A DNA stretch of 64,000 nt, taken from the NCBI GenBank assembly GCA_963422365.1, contig OY729426.1, positions 2,240,001-2,304,000 of the forward strand, in the 5' to 3' direction. The translations under genes and the position numbers were made by a program. Under the pieces are notes generated by a model, which saw only the letters and a list, made by a program, of their open reading frames with translations, had not been told where the DNA came from and made no database searches. Below are positions 62,116 to 64,000 of the stretch, piece after piece; the first letter of the stretch is position 1; each line of letters opens with the position of its first letter. Origin of the DNA: Nitrospirales bacterium. Lineage in GTDB: Bacteria > Nitrospirota > Nitrospiria > Nitrospirales > UBA8639.

Positions 62116-63555
62116 TCAGGCCATGTTATTGGCTGCGCAAATCCGGACAACGGCAACATGTCGGGTGTCCTTTGTGATGCGGAATCGATGGTCAGAACGA
62201 TACCCCCCAACCCACAGGATCCCCTCCGGAGCTACGACAAGAGGAACTTTGCTTCGCTCAGATTGGTGAACCTTCGTGTCTGAGAAAAAATCCTGAATTT
62301 TTTTTCGTTGTCCTCTCATCCCATAGGGGAAAAAATAATCGCCTGGCTTCCATGATCGAACGACCAGCTCATGACTAAATTGCTCCGCATCTAAATAGGC
62401 CACGGCAGCATTCCGTTGGATCGAGATGGTCTCCGTATCTTTTATTTTTCCTTCAATGATCTGGCCTGTGACCGGCCAATGGATTGCCCCCGGAAAGGAC
62501 CAGACACAGGACAATGCCTGCTTCAAGTGGCTTGTATGGTCCACAGGAACTTTGACGAATGTCACTCTGTCATATTCTCTCACAACATCCAGGCCGGCAA
62601 AACGAGCAGAGGCACCTGATATTCCGTCAATAACCTGCTGCAAAATAGTATCCACTACCTCAAACCTGAGTGGGCTGGGCTTATGCCACAGGGCTCCCAC
62701 CGTTAATACAATCATTCTCCGTTGAATGGGCACCGGAAAGGTTAAAAATCGTGAGCGGCTCCACACGACGCAATCACTCGTATGACGAACCTTGACCAAT
62801 TCCAGCGATGCCTTCGCAATATTATCTAAATAATGATGTTCCTCACGAAGAATGGCAACTTGACGGGAAAGAATGCTCACAACCCTGGGATTGAACGTCT
62901 GTAACAGGGGTATTAATGCGTGGCGAAGCCGATTCCGCATATACTTCGGGTTTTCATTACTCGAATCAACGCGAAACCCGCACTGTTTTGTCGCAAGATA
63001 CTGCAAAACTTCTGAGCGACTCACCTGAAGAAACGGGCGGATCACACACGGATGTCGCTGAGCCGGCATACCCGATAACCCAGCAAGTCCGGCTCCTCGC
63101 AGCATAGACATCAGCACGGTTTCTGCCTGATCGTCTTGCGTATGGCCGACCGCTACTTTGGTGGCCTCCCACTCCTGAGCAACGGCCCACAACTGTTCAT
63201 ATCTCCTCTCACGCGCAACAGCTTGGACTGACTCCCCTTTTCGTTCTTGGAGAAGTGGTTTCAGATTGATCGGCTTGAAGAACAAGGGAAGACCCAACTG
63301 CTGAGAAAGTTGCTCAACAAACATCGCGTCATCCATGGATTCTTTCTCCCGCAACCCATGCTCAATATGAACCACAGCCAATTCCATCTTCAGTGGGTCC
63401 CGCCAAGCATACAGAACCTGCAAGAGGGCAACAGAATCTGCCCCCCCAGAGACGGCAACGACGACTCGGTCTCCAAGAGACAAGAGACCGAGTCGCCTTA
63501 CGTGTTTCAACAGCTTGTGTTCAAAAGCCAACAGGGCAGGCATCGTCACCACCAA
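62116..63555 (-). CDS. tilS: tRNA(Ile)-lysidine synthase
   Basis: AVSGGADS, ARERRY, HTQDDQAET, DSSN, RNRLR. Confidence 0.96.
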   Translation of the reverse strand: MVVTMPALLAFEHKLLKHVRRLGLLSLGDRVVVAVSGGADSVALLQVLYAWRDPLKMELAVVHIEHGLREKESMDDAMFVEQLSQQLGLPLFFKPINLKPLLQERKGESVQAVARERRYEQLWAVAQEWEATKVAVGHTQDDQAETVLMSMLRGAGLAGLSGMPAQRHPCVIRPFLQVSRSEVLQYLATKQCGFRVDSSNENPKYMRNRLRHALIPLLQTFNPRVVSILSRQVAILREEHHYLDNIAKASLELVKVRHTSDCVVWSRSRFLTFPVPIQRRMIVLTVGALWHKPSPLRFEVVDTILQQVIDGISGASARFAGLDVVREYDRVTFVKVPVDHTSHLKQALSCVWSFPGAIHWPVTGQIIEGKIKDTETISIQRNAAVAYLDAEQFSHELVVRSWKPGDYFFPYGMRGQRKKIQDFFSDTKVHQSERSKVPLVVAPEGILWVGGYRSDHRFRITKDTRHVAVVRICAANNMA

Positions 63556-63579
63556 CGGTGATTCATGGAGAGGCTTGAC

Positions 63580-64000
63580 TTATTCGGTAAACACATGTCG
63601 AGTCATTTGAATATCTTGAGCAATTCTCGCAGCAAGCCGATCAGAATCCTCAAAGATTTTATCGCCTCGAATGTATTGTAAGAATTGAACCTCAATATGT
63701 TGGCCATACAGGGTACAGGCGGTATCCAACACATGCACTTCCAGTAAGCGTTCCCCTTCTCCAAACGTCGGACGCGTCCCGATATAACTCACTGCAGGAA
63801 ATACCTTATCCTGCCACGCCATTTTCGTGGCATAGACCCCGTCAGGCGGAATCACTCGCTCTTTGTCTGGCCGAAGATTAGCGGTTCGATAGCCTAACCC
63901 TTGCCCACGACGATCGCCTTCAATCACCGTGCCTTTCAAAGAATACGGGCGTCCCAGACATTGCATGGCGTTTTCCATCTTCCCCTTTCGGATGAACTGA
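63580..64000 (-). CDS. ribF: riboflavin kinase/FAD synthetase, C-terminal kinase domain (5' end outside window)
   Basis: LGRPY, G..RG..LG..TAN, GVYA, IGTRPTF, LEVH, LYG; frame open to the window edge. Confidence 0.93.
   Translation of the reverse strand, partial: QFIRKGKMENAMQCLGRPYSLKGTVIEGDRRGQGLGYRTANLRPDKERVIPPDGVYATKMAWQDKVFPAVSYIGTRPTFGEGERLLEVHVLDTACTLYGQHIEVQFLQYIRGDKIFEDSDRLAARIAQDIQMTRHVFTE

Noticed and set aside
1..64000. CRISPR arrays, tRNA/rRNA, IS elements, prophage or defence systems
   Set aside because: No repeat-spacer array, cloverleaf, transposase, integrase or defence motif was recognised by eye; a covariance-model scan would be needed to exclude small RNAs.

Overview
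A 64-kb, mostly core-genome bacterial segment. Gene content, gene order and several family-typical hypotheticals suggest Nitrospirota; this is inference, not a database result. Blocks from left to right: moaCDEA-accD-folC-lptD (minus strand; lptD runs off the left edge and is missing from the ORF track); a FolB-methyltransferase fusion and a PHP phosphoesterase; hpnD and udg; tldD-pmbA; uppS-cdsA-dxr-rseP-proS; two tandem DUF151 genes, rplM-rpsI, argC-argJ and rlpA; an eroded zone (28-36 kb) with three heavily decayed pseudogenes (pncB, an RpoD-like sigma factor, DUF2891) among intact floA, ychF and Sel1 genes; class I fumarase and an RRM protein; a redox/metal block (two flavin disulfide reductases around a TVP38 protein, an AhpC/TSA protein, bacterioferritin, a YyaL-aldo/keto-reductase fusion); and ribF-tilS-ftsH-folP-glmM-comEC. 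The best candidate for an undescribed system is at 40.3-42.8 kb. It has a C11 tract beside a sigma70-type promoter, then a His-rich CxxxC leader peptide ending in RGPP (DUF2946/CruR-like arrest peptide) followed by competing RNA pairings. Next comes a Met/His-rich outer-membrane beta-barrel whose signal peptide is frameshifted in a T9 run, and an exported protein with a cupredoxin-like C-x2-H-x2-M motif. Together these look like a putative metal (copper) uptake module with translational and slippage-based control. I found no rRNA, tRNA, CRISPR array or transposase.
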